Below, piece by piece: positions 1 to 7,619 of a stretch of DNA of 32,000 nucleotides. Source of the DNA: Nitrosopumilus maritimus SCM1 (lineage in GTDB: Archaea > Thermoproteota > Nitrososphaeria > Nitrososphaerales > Nitrosopumilaceae); NCBI RefSeq assembly GCF_000018465.1, contig NC_010085.1, positions 660,001 to 692,000 on the forward strand, read 5' to 3'. A model generated the notes under the pieces. The model ran no database searches. It was not told the origin of the DNA and saw only the letters and a list, made by a program, of their open reading frames with translations. Position numbers and translations under genes: made by a program. Each line of letters begins with the position of its first letter. Positions within the stretch are counted from its first letter, which is position 1.

Positions 1-11
1 GTGCTGTAAGC

Positions 12-1637
12 ATGATCTCTAGATTGGTGCCTGAGGCTTGGTATGGGGAAAATGTCAACGAAGTGATTATTCCTGATAGTACTGAAAGTGTAAAACAAAT
101 CAAACTGATCCTTGATAGGTATCCTCTTGATATTTTATCAAAAACCACTTGGCAAAGAAAAATCGTCAAAACCTATGCTCCCAAACCTACTTTGCCTCCA
201 GTAAAACACAAACTAAAACGAGCAAAAACAGGAGACCAATTTAGAGGAAAATTACTAAACTTCCAAAAAGAAGGTTTAGATTTCTTAATGAAATCCTCTG
301 GTAATGCATTATTAGCTGATGAAATGGGTCTTGGAAAAACAGTACAAACATTATCTTATGTTGCAACTGAGAAACAAACATTTCCCGTTTTAGTTGTTGC
401 ACCATTAGTTACATTAAACAATTGGGAACGAGAAATTGAAAAATTTCTTAAGAAAAAAAGCCGAAATGGAAGATTACTTGAATCTGAATCTCCTACTGTT
501 ACCTTAATTAGAACTGGAAAGAAAAAAAAACTTCCTAAAACTGACATTTATGTAATAAATTATGAATTACTTTTCAAAAGATATGATGATTTGGCAAAAG
601 TTGGAATCAAAACTGTTGTATGTGATGAAGTCCATAATTTAAGATCTAAAACAACTCAAAAATACAAATCAATAAAAAAATTAGCTGCATTACCATCAGT
701 GTCTTATCGAATTGGACTTTCCGGAACCCCTATCTACAACCGTGGTTCTGAAATTTGGCCAATCATTGATATTTTGAAACCTGGACTCCTTGGAAGTTTC
801 AAAGAATTTTGTGAATACTTTTGTTATGTAAATGAAAAGGGTAAGGCAATTGTATTGGAAAATAAACGTGCATCACTTAGAAACGAACTCCAAAAACATG
901 TTATGCTTAGACGCAAAAAATCTGATGTGCTAAAAGAACTCAAAGATAAAGTACGCTACAAGGAAGTCATTGCAGCAGACACTGATTACTATGTTGAAGA
1001 ATTAGACAAAATTTGGAAACGCTTAGAAGAAGAGCAAAAAGAGGCTGAATCCGAATTTTCAAAATCAGCTTCATATCATAGAGCAATACAGAGTGAAAGA
1101 CAAATTGCAGGCTTGGCAAAACTACCTCATGTTATCAATTTTGTAAAAAATATCATGGAAATTGAGGAAAGTGTTGTAGTTTTTTGTCATCATAAAGTAA
1201 TTCACAAATTACTCCATGAGAGTCTTCAAGAATTCTCACCTGTATCGATAATTGGAGGCCAATCTGATACCCTGAGACAAGATCAGATAGATAAATTCCA
1301 AAAAGGCGAATCAAAATTAATGATTGCAGGAATTCGTGCAGGAAATGTAGGAATTAATTTAACTCGAGCAAAATATGTTATTTTTGCAGAACTTGATTGG
1401 AGTCCTGCAATCCACAGACAAGCTGAAGATCGTTTGCATAGAATTGGACAACAGAATACTGTATTTGCATATTATTTGATTGGTAATGGCACACTTGATG
1501 ATCATGTTGCAAATGTTTTGGTAGACAAGAGTTATGAAATCGATGAAATTATGGATGAAAGTGTTGAAACCTTTGAAAATAAAGACAAAGCACAACTTAT
1601 TCTTGCACAAATTCAAGACAAAATACGTTCAAAATAA
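12..1637 (+). CDS. SNF2/SWI2-family (Rad54-like) ATP-dependent helicase/translocase
   Basis: 541-aa ORF. Motif I is 'LADEMGLGKTVQT', motif II is 'VVCDEVHNL' (DEVH box), followed by 'LSGTPIYNR'. The C-terminal lobe has 'AGNVGINLT' and 'DWSPAIHRQAEDRLHRIGQ', the classic SNF2 signature. There is no in-frame stop between nt 3 and the ATG at 12, so the true start may lie upstream of the window. Confidence 0.88.
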   Translation: MISRLVPEAWYGENVNEVIIPDSTESVKQIKLILDRYPLDILSKTTWQRKIVKTYAPKPTLPPVKHKLKRAKTGDQFRGKLLNFQKEGLDFLMKSSGNALLADEMGLGKTVQTLSYVATEKQTFPVLVVAPLVTLNNWEREIEKFLKKKSRNGRLLESESPTVTLIRTGKKKKLPKTDIYVINYELLFKRYDDLAKVGIKTVVCDEVHNLRSKTTQKYKSIKKLAALPSVSYRIGLSGTPIYNRGSEIWPIIDILKPGLLGSFKEFCEYFCYVNEKGKAIVLENKRASLRNELQKHVMLRRKKSDVLKELKDKVRYKEVIAADTDYYVEELDKIWKRLEEEQKEAESEFSKSASYHRAIQSERQIAGLAKLPHVINFVKNIMEIEESVVVFCHHKVIHKLLHESLQEFSPVSIIGGQSDTLRQDQIDKFQKGESKLMIAGIRAGNVGINLTRAKYVIFAELDWSPAIHRQAEDRLHRIGQQNTVFAYYLIGNGTLDDHVANVLVDKSYEIDEIMDESVETFENKDKAQLILAQIQDKIRSK

Positions 1638-2252
1638 CTAGACATTTAATTTTGTTTTGAGTTTTGATAATTTTTCAATAATGTTTGTCTTCTTTTCTAG
1701 TTCAATTTGAGAATCTTGTATTTCTTTTACTACATCATCTATTAAACTAAGAATTTCAATTTCAGGTTTTATTTCACCAAATTTTATTTTATCAAATCCA
1801 TCTGTTTCTGTTTTATCAATTTCTTCTACTCCTTCAGGTAATATCTCATATACTTTGATAATTTTTTCATCTTGTCTTTGAGGTGACATGAGAACAAATT
1901 GGTTTTGTCTCAATTTTTCTATCTCTTGCAAAATCTCTGTTTCTGACACTTGTAAAATATCAATAATTTGATCAATATTGCATGATTTTATCTGAAGCAG
2001 TCGTAATATTTTGGCCCAAACTGGAATTTTCTCTCCCCATAGAATTTCTCTTGCAACCGGAGTAATTGAAAACGAACCATTACTGTTAAGTGAAATAAAT
2101 TTTCTATCTTTTAATGACCCTAGCGTATCTAGAATCTTTCCAACCCCCAATCTCTTTAATTCTGAATTTTCTAGATTTGTTTCATCAAATGTTCCATTTT
2201 CTTTAACTGCTAAATGTAAAACTTCTAAATCAATTGTTCCTAATTTCCTCAT
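1638..2252 (-). CDS. hypothetical protein, possibly tandem winged-helix DNA-binding
   Basis: 204-aa ORF whose stop abuts the SNF2 stop (TAA|CTA). Segments 'LGVGKILDTLGSLKDRKFISL' and 'IDQIIDILQVSETEILQEIEKLRQNQFVLM' look wHTH-like, and the C-terminus is acidic and helical. No family recognised. Confidence 0.5.
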   Translation of the reverse strand: MRKLGTIDLEVLHLAVKENGTFDETNLENSELKRLGVGKILDTLGSLKDRKFISLNSNGSFSITPVAREILWGEKIPVWAKILRLLQIKSCNIDQIIDILQVSETEILQEIEKLRQNQFVLMSPQRQDEKIIKVYEILPEGVEEIDKTETDGFDKIKFGEIKPEIEILSLIDDVVKEIQDSQIELEKKTNIIEKLSKLKTKLNV

Positions 2253-2286
2253 GTTTTTTTTGATCTTTCAAGTCTTATCATCTTTT

Positions 2287-2850
2287 CTACCCTAAAATCT
2301 TGTGTTGAATTTGTTGTAGTATAATTTTTACACTTTTAAGATTTGAATAATTGGTTTTGAGCCACTCTTGATAATCATTAATTGAACCTATTTTAAAATT
2401 TGAATCATTAATCTGATTTGCAACAAACCATAATTCTCTGTATGCAAAAATAATTTTTCCGATAAGTAATTCTTCCTTATTGAGAAATACTTGCATTATT
2501 TCATCTGATTCCTTTCCATATTGATTTTCTTTTGGAATGATTTTGTCAAATTCTGTTTTTAATTCATGAAACCTTTCAAATATCTGATTACTGTTTTTTC
2601 TCATCGTCCTTATTTTTTCATCATAATTTCTCAAAAATTCTTTTGCCCAATTTTCAGATTCATCTTTTTCTGAAAAATCAATTTTTGTAGTTTTGTCTAT
2701 TTCGTTAATTACTTCTGAAATAACTTCTAAATGCCACTTGAAGAATTCTTCTAATCTTTCTTTTTGTTTTATTTGATTTGACATCCGTTCAAAAAACAAA
2801 ATTACATTTTCTTCATTTGAAAAAATTTCTGTAATTACTGGATGAACCAT
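2287..2850 (-). CDS. hypothetical protein (predicted all-helical)
   Basis: 187-aa ORF on the same strand and 34 nt downstream of the previous gene. The amino-acid composition is protein-like (balanced charged and hydrophobic residues). No motif recognised. Confidence 0.45.
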   Translation of the reverse strand: MVHPVITEIFSNEENVILFFERMSNQIKQKERLEEFFKWHLEVISEVINEIDKTTKIDFSEKDESENWAKEFLRNYDEKIRTMRKNSNQIFERFHELKTEFDKIIPKENQYGKESDEIMQVFLNKEELLIGKIIFAYRELWFVANQINDSNFKIGSINDYQEWLKTNYSNLKSVKIILQQIQHKILG

Positions 2851-2926
2851 ATTTTGAACAATATAATTTTGGATAAAAACTTGATTCTTTCTTGAAGATT
2901 ATATGTGGATTATAGTGATCTGTTTT

Positions 2927-3550
2927 ATGGTTCAATACGAACTTCCAAGATTGCCTTATGGATATGATGAATTGGAACCTTACATTGATACTGAAACAAT
3001 GAAAATTCACCATCAAAAACACCATCAGTCGTATGTTGATGGACTAAACAAATCTCTTATAGAAATTGGATCTGCATCTCACCCTCAATACATCACATCA
3101 ATATTGTCTGATCTAAAAGCCATACCTGAGTCTGGTAGAAACAAAATCAATTTCTTTGGTGGAGGCTTTGAAAATCACAGATTATTTTGGGAAATAATGA
3201 CTCCTAATGGTGATGGTTCCCCTGGTGGAAAGATTGAGGATGCAATTGATGTTTATTTTGATAGTTTTGATAACTTTAAAGAGATTTTTTCTAACACTGC
3301 AATTGGAATTCAGGGTAGTGGATGGTGTTGGTTGGTTTTTAATTCAACATACAGCAAAATAGAAATTCTTTCTACTGAAAATCAAACCAGTCCTTGGACA
3401 TTACAAAAAATACCTTTACTGGGATTGGATGTTTGGGAACATGCTTACTATCTAAAATATCAAAATCGTAGACCTGATTATGTTAAAGAATGGTGGAATA
3501 TTGTTAATTGGGATTATGTTGAAAATCGTTTTTCAGAACTTGTAGGTTGA
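2927..3550 (+). CDS. sod: Fe/Mn-family superoxide dismutase
   Basis: 'YELPRLPYGYDELEPYIDTETMKIHHQKHHQSYV', 'QGSGWCWLV' and 'DVWEHAYYLKYQNRRPDYV' are textbook Fe/Mn SOD motifs including the metal ligands. I prefer the internal ATG at 2927 (MVQYELP...) over the track start 2903, whose extra 8 aa are not SOD-like. Confidence 0.94.
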   Translation: MVQYELPRLPYGYDELEPYIDTETMKIHHQKHHQSYVDGLNKSLIEIGSASHPQYITSILSDLKAIPESGRNKINFFGGGFENHRLFWEIMTPNGDGSPGGKIEDAIDVYFDSFDNFKEIFSNTAIGIQGSGWCWLVFNSTYSKIEILSTENQTSPWTLQKIPLLGLDVWEHAYYLKYQNRRPDYVKEWWNIVNWDYVENRFSELVG

Positions 3551-3599
3551 TTTATGATTTGGACAAATTCTTTTAAACAAAAATTCAATTTTTCATTCA

Positions 3600-4898
3600 A
3601 TGAACAAGAGTCTAAGATACATTGCATTACTTGCAATTTTACCCTTGTTGACAACAGGTTTGGGAACTGACTATTTCTCAGATGCCGATGCTAAAAAAAG
3701 CAAAGGTACTGCAACCTCTCAATATGGTTCTAGTACTGGTATTTGTGGGCTAGATCTATGTTCTAACTATCCTGGCGGCAGAGCTGGCTGGGAAGCAGAT
3801 CAAGACAGTGCAACCACACCTGTAGCTCCAGTTGAAAAAGAAAAGATGGATGTCATGGAAAAAACCCATGAAGAAAAACACATGGAAGAAACCATGATGG
3901 AAGAATCCGAAGATTTAACTGAAGCAGACTTGGGCTCTGTACTTAGATTATCAAGAGCAAATGTTCCAGCTACAATTCCAATGCATCAAGGTTTCTATGA
4001 TGGTGGAGATGTTTACTACATCATTACTGATTCAAGTGACCCTACTCATGCAGACTTGATTACAGAAAACCAAGGATGGAAAGTGGAACTTGCACCACTG
4101 TTAAAGAATGCTCCTGACACTGCACTTTCAAAAACCTACATGTTTACCAACGGAATAGAAGGTGATGGTGTACATGGTTTCCAAGGAGAAGTATTCACTA
4201 GCACTCCTGCACAACCAGATGTATACAGTGCACTAACTTCTCACGTACATGTAACGTGGAATGAAAACAAAACACCTAGAGTATTAACTTCTGATGCCAT
4301 GGTAATGGAAGCTGCAGATAATGGTGAAATCACATTAACATCTGTTGATGTAGTTTTGAATATGCCTCAAATTGTTTGGCCTGATGGACAGATGATGGTA
4401 AAGGAAGACAAAACTTTGACTGATGAAACACCATATGGTGGCGGACAAGTTCTTGATATTGATACAGAAGAGATGAATGTAACTTTCATAGCTCATCGTG
4501 GATGGGGTCCTGATGGTAGAACAATCTATTACATTGTAACAGATGCTACTCCTAGTGGCCCTGCAGGAATGATGGGTGTTGTTAGTTCTCCAACATCTGC
4601 AAGTTTGATTGCAAATTCAGCAGCAGTTGATCTATTTCAATTCAAAAATGGTTTGACTAGTACTGGTCCGTTAGGATTCCAACCTGGAATTGCTGCCGGA
4701 GCTCCCGGTGATGAAAATTATTCTCCTATGTGGAGAATTTTCATGACAAGTTGGGCTAATCCAGAAAATGCACAATTGTTAGAAACCATTGATGACTTGA
4801 ATGCATACAGAGAAGCTGGCTTGATCGATATTGGTATTGCACGTCCTATGGATAGTGATCATATTGTCAACTGTCCATTCATTGACCCATTCCAATAA
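3600..4898 (+). CDS. secreted protein of unknown function, internally duplicated, with Met/His/Glu-rich linker
   Basis: 432-aa ORF with an N-terminal signal-like segment 'LRYIALLAILPLLTTGLG'. The low-complexity stretch 'EKEKMDVMEKTHEEKHMEETMMEESED' follows. A module is repeated twice: 'DVYYIITDSSDP...MFTNGIEGDGVHGFQ' and 'TIYYIVTDATPS...FQFKNGLTSTGPLGFQ'. G+C is higher than in the neighbours. Confidence 0.72.
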   Translation: MNKSLRYIALLAILPLLTTGLGTDYFSDADAKKSKGTATSQYGSSTGICGLDLCSNYPGGRAGWEADQDSATTPVAPVEKEKMDVMEKTHEEKHMEETMMEESEDLTEADLGSVLRLSRANVPATIPMHQGFYDGGDVYYIITDSSDPTHADLITENQGWKVELAPLLKNAPDTALSKTYMFTNGIEGDGVHGFQGEVFTSTPAQPDVYSALTSHVHVTWNENKTPRVLTSDAMVMEAADNGEITLTSVDVVLNMPQIVWPDGQMMVKEDKTLTDETPYGGGQVLDIDTEEMNVTFIAHRGWGPDGRTIYYIVTDATPSGPAGMMGVVSSPTSASLIANSAAVDLFQFKNGLTSTGPLGFQPGIAAGAPGDENYSPMWRIFMTSWANPENAQLLETIDDLNAYREAGLIDIGIARPMDSDHIVNCPFIDPFQ

Positions 4899-4903
4899 GA
4901 TCC

Positions 4904-4918
4904 TCTTTTTTATTTTTT
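4904..4918 (+). terminator. oligo-T archaeal termination signal
   Basis: 'tcttttttatttttt' (T6-a-T6) begins 6 nt after the TAA at 4896-4898. Archaeal RNA polymerase terminates at oligo-T tracts. Confidence 0.45.
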
Positions 4919-5006
4919 AACATCTGTTCAATTTACATTAAAAATTCTAACAAATTTTCAGAGAATTGACTACACTGTTTATCTTGAATTATGTGAATAA
5001 CCTTGT

Positions 5007-5381
5007 ATGAGTATTGCAGGAATGTACATGCTAAATGTACCTGAATATCAAGAAGAAAAAATCAAACAAGCTTTAGACATGTTATACATTGATAGAAAAA
5101 ACGAATTTAGAGAATTGTCTCAAGTACTGTTAACTGAAAAAGCTCTTAAGGCAATGCCTAATTGGAAAGAATTTGTTTTGAACTTTAGTCTGGATGTTGA
5201 GGAAGCATTCAAGACATGGTCTGGACAAAATCCATTATTGTCTAGCTCTCCTCAAAAAGCGTTAACCATTCTAAGACAACTTGGACATGATAAGACATCC
5301 ATGAATCAACTTGTTCATTTACTTAACCTGTCGTACAGCATGTCCTTAGAATTCAAAGAGATTTACAGACGTCTCAAATAA
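5007..5381 (+). CDS. hypothetical protein
   Basis: 124-aa ORF with no competing ORF on the other strand. It is followed by a T6 run. No motif recognised. Confidence 0.45.
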   Translation: MSIAGMYMLNVPEYQEEKIKQALDMLYIDRKNEFRELSQVLLTEKALKAMPNWKEFVLNFSLDVEEAFKTWSGQNPLLSSSPQKALTILRQLGHDKTSMNQLVHLLNLSYSMSLEFKEIYRRLK

Positions 5382-5386
5382 TCTCC

Positions 5387-5392
5387 TTTTTT
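5387..5392 (+). terminator. oligo-T archaeal termination signal
   Basis: The T6 run in 'ctccttttttatt' begins 6 nt after the TAA at 5379-5381. Confidence 0.35.
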
Positions 5393-5434
5393 ATTCCTAA
5401 AACCTTATTTTGATCAATCATTTCATGCTTCTAT

Positions 5435-5686
5435 ATGGATTTCATGCTTGAAGAGGAATTGATCGATTTAATGACATTCTGTTTACAAAATTCTGACTCT
5501 CCTGAAGTTTCTGAAAAACATAAACGAATTTCTGAGATTGGACGTGAATTGTATGATGATGGTGGTGTTGATGCATTGGAAAACTTCTTTTTTGTATTAA
5601 AAAACAGAATTACTGAAGAAATAGAAAAAGATCCATCCCCTATGCGTTCGCTATGGAATGGCATTACTGACGAATGGCAGTATTAA
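5435..5686 (+). CDS. hypothetical small acidic protein
   Basis: 83-aa ORF with a protein-like sequence. The overlapping minus-strand ORF 5431-5664 is Ser-rich and low-complexity, so it is less plausible. Confidence 0.4.
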   Translation: MDFMLEEELIDLMTFCLQNSDSPEVSEKHKRISEIGRELYDDGGVDALENFFFVLKNRITEEIEKDPSPMRSLWNGITDEWQY

Positions 5687-5702
5687 ATTCCTAATTAGAA
5701 AT

Positions 5703-5846
5703 TTATCCTCTACCGATTCTGAAAATGGCTGTACTACATGTTGGGCATGTGCCTTTGATTGCAGGTTTACCATTTTTCATTGTGTATGGTTTAGCGCCAC
5801 CGATTTCTCGTTTGTCTCGGCACTTTACGCAATATCCTATTGTCAT
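5703..5846 (-). CDS. small zinc-ribbon protein (resembles DUF5679 family)
   Basis: Not in the ORF track (47 aa). Minus-strand translation gives MTIGYCVKCRDKREIGGAKPYTMKNGKPAIKGTCPTCSTAIFRIGRG, from ATG (complement of 5844-5846) to TAA (complement of 5703-5705). The layout CxxC...KNG+PA..G.CPxC....FRIG matches my recollection of the DUF5679 consensus. The locus forms a local GC-rich patch. Confidence 0.7.
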   Translation of the reverse strand: MTIGYCVKCRDKREIGGAKPYTMKNGKPAIKGTCPTCSTAIFRIGRG

Positions 5847-6165
5847 ATGCTCACTAGGCTCGAGGTTCTATTAGCAAGAACTTGTTGAACTTTTTTCACA
5901 ATTAGGCAAACCTCCGATCTTAATTATTGTGTTTTAGAACCATTTTTTTCGTATTGGATGTTTTTTCGATTAAATTATGAACAAATCATACGTATTTTTT
6001 AAATAATTATTGTTTTTGCTCTAGTTTTTATTTTTATTTTTGATCAGTAATTTCAAATTTGATCAGTTTGTAATGTTTTAGTTTTAATCAAAACAATGTT
6101 TTGTTAACATTTCAAATCATGTTTGACCATTAATTTTGTAATGTTGTCTGAATTGTTTAACATAA

Positions 6166-7611
6166 TTACAATTTTTCAAAATTTTTGATTATTGTACTTT
6201 TTTCACTAATTATTTTTCCTGGATTTAATACGTTGTTTGGGTCAAATTGGTTTTTTATTTTTTGAAATGTCTCAAAGTTAATTTTTCCATATTGTTTTTT
6301 GATAAATTCTGAACGTGCTAAACCATCTCCATGTTCTGCAGTTATCGTCCCTCCAATATTGATAATTTCATCAAAGTATTGTTTTGCAATATTTTTAATT
6401 TGTGTTATTTTCTTTCTTTTCCCAATTAATCTTACATGAAGATTCCCATTTCCAATATGGCCATAGATTACTGATTTTGTTTTGAATTTTTTATTGATCT
6501 TATCTAGTATGTCGAATAATTCTGGTAACTTTTCTATTGGTACTGCTGCATCTTCAATTACGTGGGGGATTCTATTTTCTTTTTTTATGTTTTTGAGGCT
6601 ATAATATAACGATGAATCTCTATATTTCCACCATTGGAAGATGTCTTGTTTTTTTGTCAGTTTTTTTATAATATTTCCTGAAATTATCATTTTGAATTTT
6701 TTCATATTTTGACTAATTTTTTCATCATATTCTACAAAAAGTAAACATTTTGTATTTTTATGAAATTTATGATTAATTTGTTGTAATGTTATTTTATCAA
6801 CAAATTCCATAGCAGATGGATTTGTTTTGTTTATTGTCAAGCAATCATTTATTGCATTTTTAATTGAGTTATACTCTACAACAAAAAGAATTCTTTTTTT
6901 TGGTATATTTTTTATTTTTAATTTTGCTGATATTATAATTCCTAATGTTCCTTCAGAACCAACAATGATTTTGTGACTATCTTTATTTGAAATAATTTTA
7001 TCTATTCTGTATCCTGAAGAATTTTTAGATACTTTTGGAATTTTCTTTTCATCAATTTTTATTTTCTTTTGAATTTTATTGGATAATTTTTCATCTTTTG
7101 GGAGAACAATTTTTTTTTCATTGCCATCAATAATTGTTACTTCTAATACATTGTCAATCATACTTCCATACTTTAAACTTCTACTTCCACTGGAATTATT
7201 TCCTAACATTCCTCCAATTGAACAAAATGATCCTACTGAAGGATTTGGTGGAAAAAATTTTCTATATCTCTCTAATTTTTCATCTAATTTTCCTTTTACT
7301 ACCCCTGTTCCAACTATTGCATAATTTTTCTTTATTTTGATTGAATCAAAATTTTTCATATCTAAAATGATTCCATTATTTAACGCACTTCCAACTAAAC
7401 CTGTACCTGCACCACGTACAGTCACATTGGTTTTGTATTTTTTTGCAATTTTTATTGTGTTTATTACATCCTTTTCATTTTTTGGAATAACTATTGTTTT
7501 TGGAAATATTTGATACGAACTAGCATCCACAGAATAAAATTTCCTAAATTCTGTTTCTGAATGAACTTTTCCCCTGATGATTTTTTTTAGTTGTGTTTCT
7601 ACTGAATTCAT
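6166..7611 (-). CDS. FAD-binding oxidoreductase (FAD_binding_4 / GlcD-D-lactate dehydrogenase-like)
   Basis: 481-aa ORF. 'VTVRGAGTGLVGSA' is the FAD-binding PCMH-type signature. The C-terminal 'GGTITAEHGDGLARSEF' and 'DPNNVLNPGKI' are typical of the FAD-linked oxidase C-terminal domain. The protein is unusually rich in K, I and N. Confidence 0.85.
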   Translation of the reverse strand: MNSVETQLKKIIRGKVHSETEFRKFYSVDASSYQIFPKTIVIPKNEKDVINTIKIAKKYKTNVTVRGAGTGLVGSALNNGIILDMKNFDSIKIKKNYAIVGTGVVKGKLDEKLERYRKFFPPNPSVGSFCSIGGMLGNNSSGSRSLKYGSMIDNVLEVTIIDGNEKKIVLPKDEKLSNKIQKKIKIDEKKIPKVSKNSSGYRIDKIISNKDSHKIIVGSEGTLGIIISAKLKIKNIPKKRILFVVEYNSIKNAINDCLTINKTNPSAMEFVDKITLQQINHKFHKNTKCLLFVEYDEKISQNMKKFKMIISGNIIKKLTKKQDIFQWWKYRDSSLYYSLKNIKKENRIPHVIEDAAVPIEKLPELFDILDKINKKFKTKSVIYGHIGNGNLHVRLIGKRKKITQIKNIAKQYFDEIINIGGTITAEHGDGLARSEFIKKQYGKINFETFQKIKNQFDPNNVLNPGKIISEKSTIIKNFEKL

Positions 7612-7619
7612 TTGATGAA

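Noticed and set aside
12-2850. SNF2 helicase as the core of a defence system (DISARM/Zorya-like)
   Set aside because: No methyltransferase, phospholipase D, DUF1998, ZorA/B-like or nuclease partner is nearby. The neighbours are small wHTH/helical proteins and SOD. A housekeeping Rad54-like remodeller is more likely.
5658-5888. 76-aa + strand ORF from the track
   Set aside because: Its sequence is unprotein-like (Cys/Phe/Thr/Ser-rich). It is antisense to a well-formed 47-aa zinc-ribbon gene (5703-5846) that explains the local GC-rich patch.
5890-6165. AT-rich spacer with reiterated short words as a replication origin
   Set aside because: There is no ORB-like longer inverted repeat, no adjacent cdc6/orc1 gene, and the repeats are only about 10 nt in low-complexity DNA.
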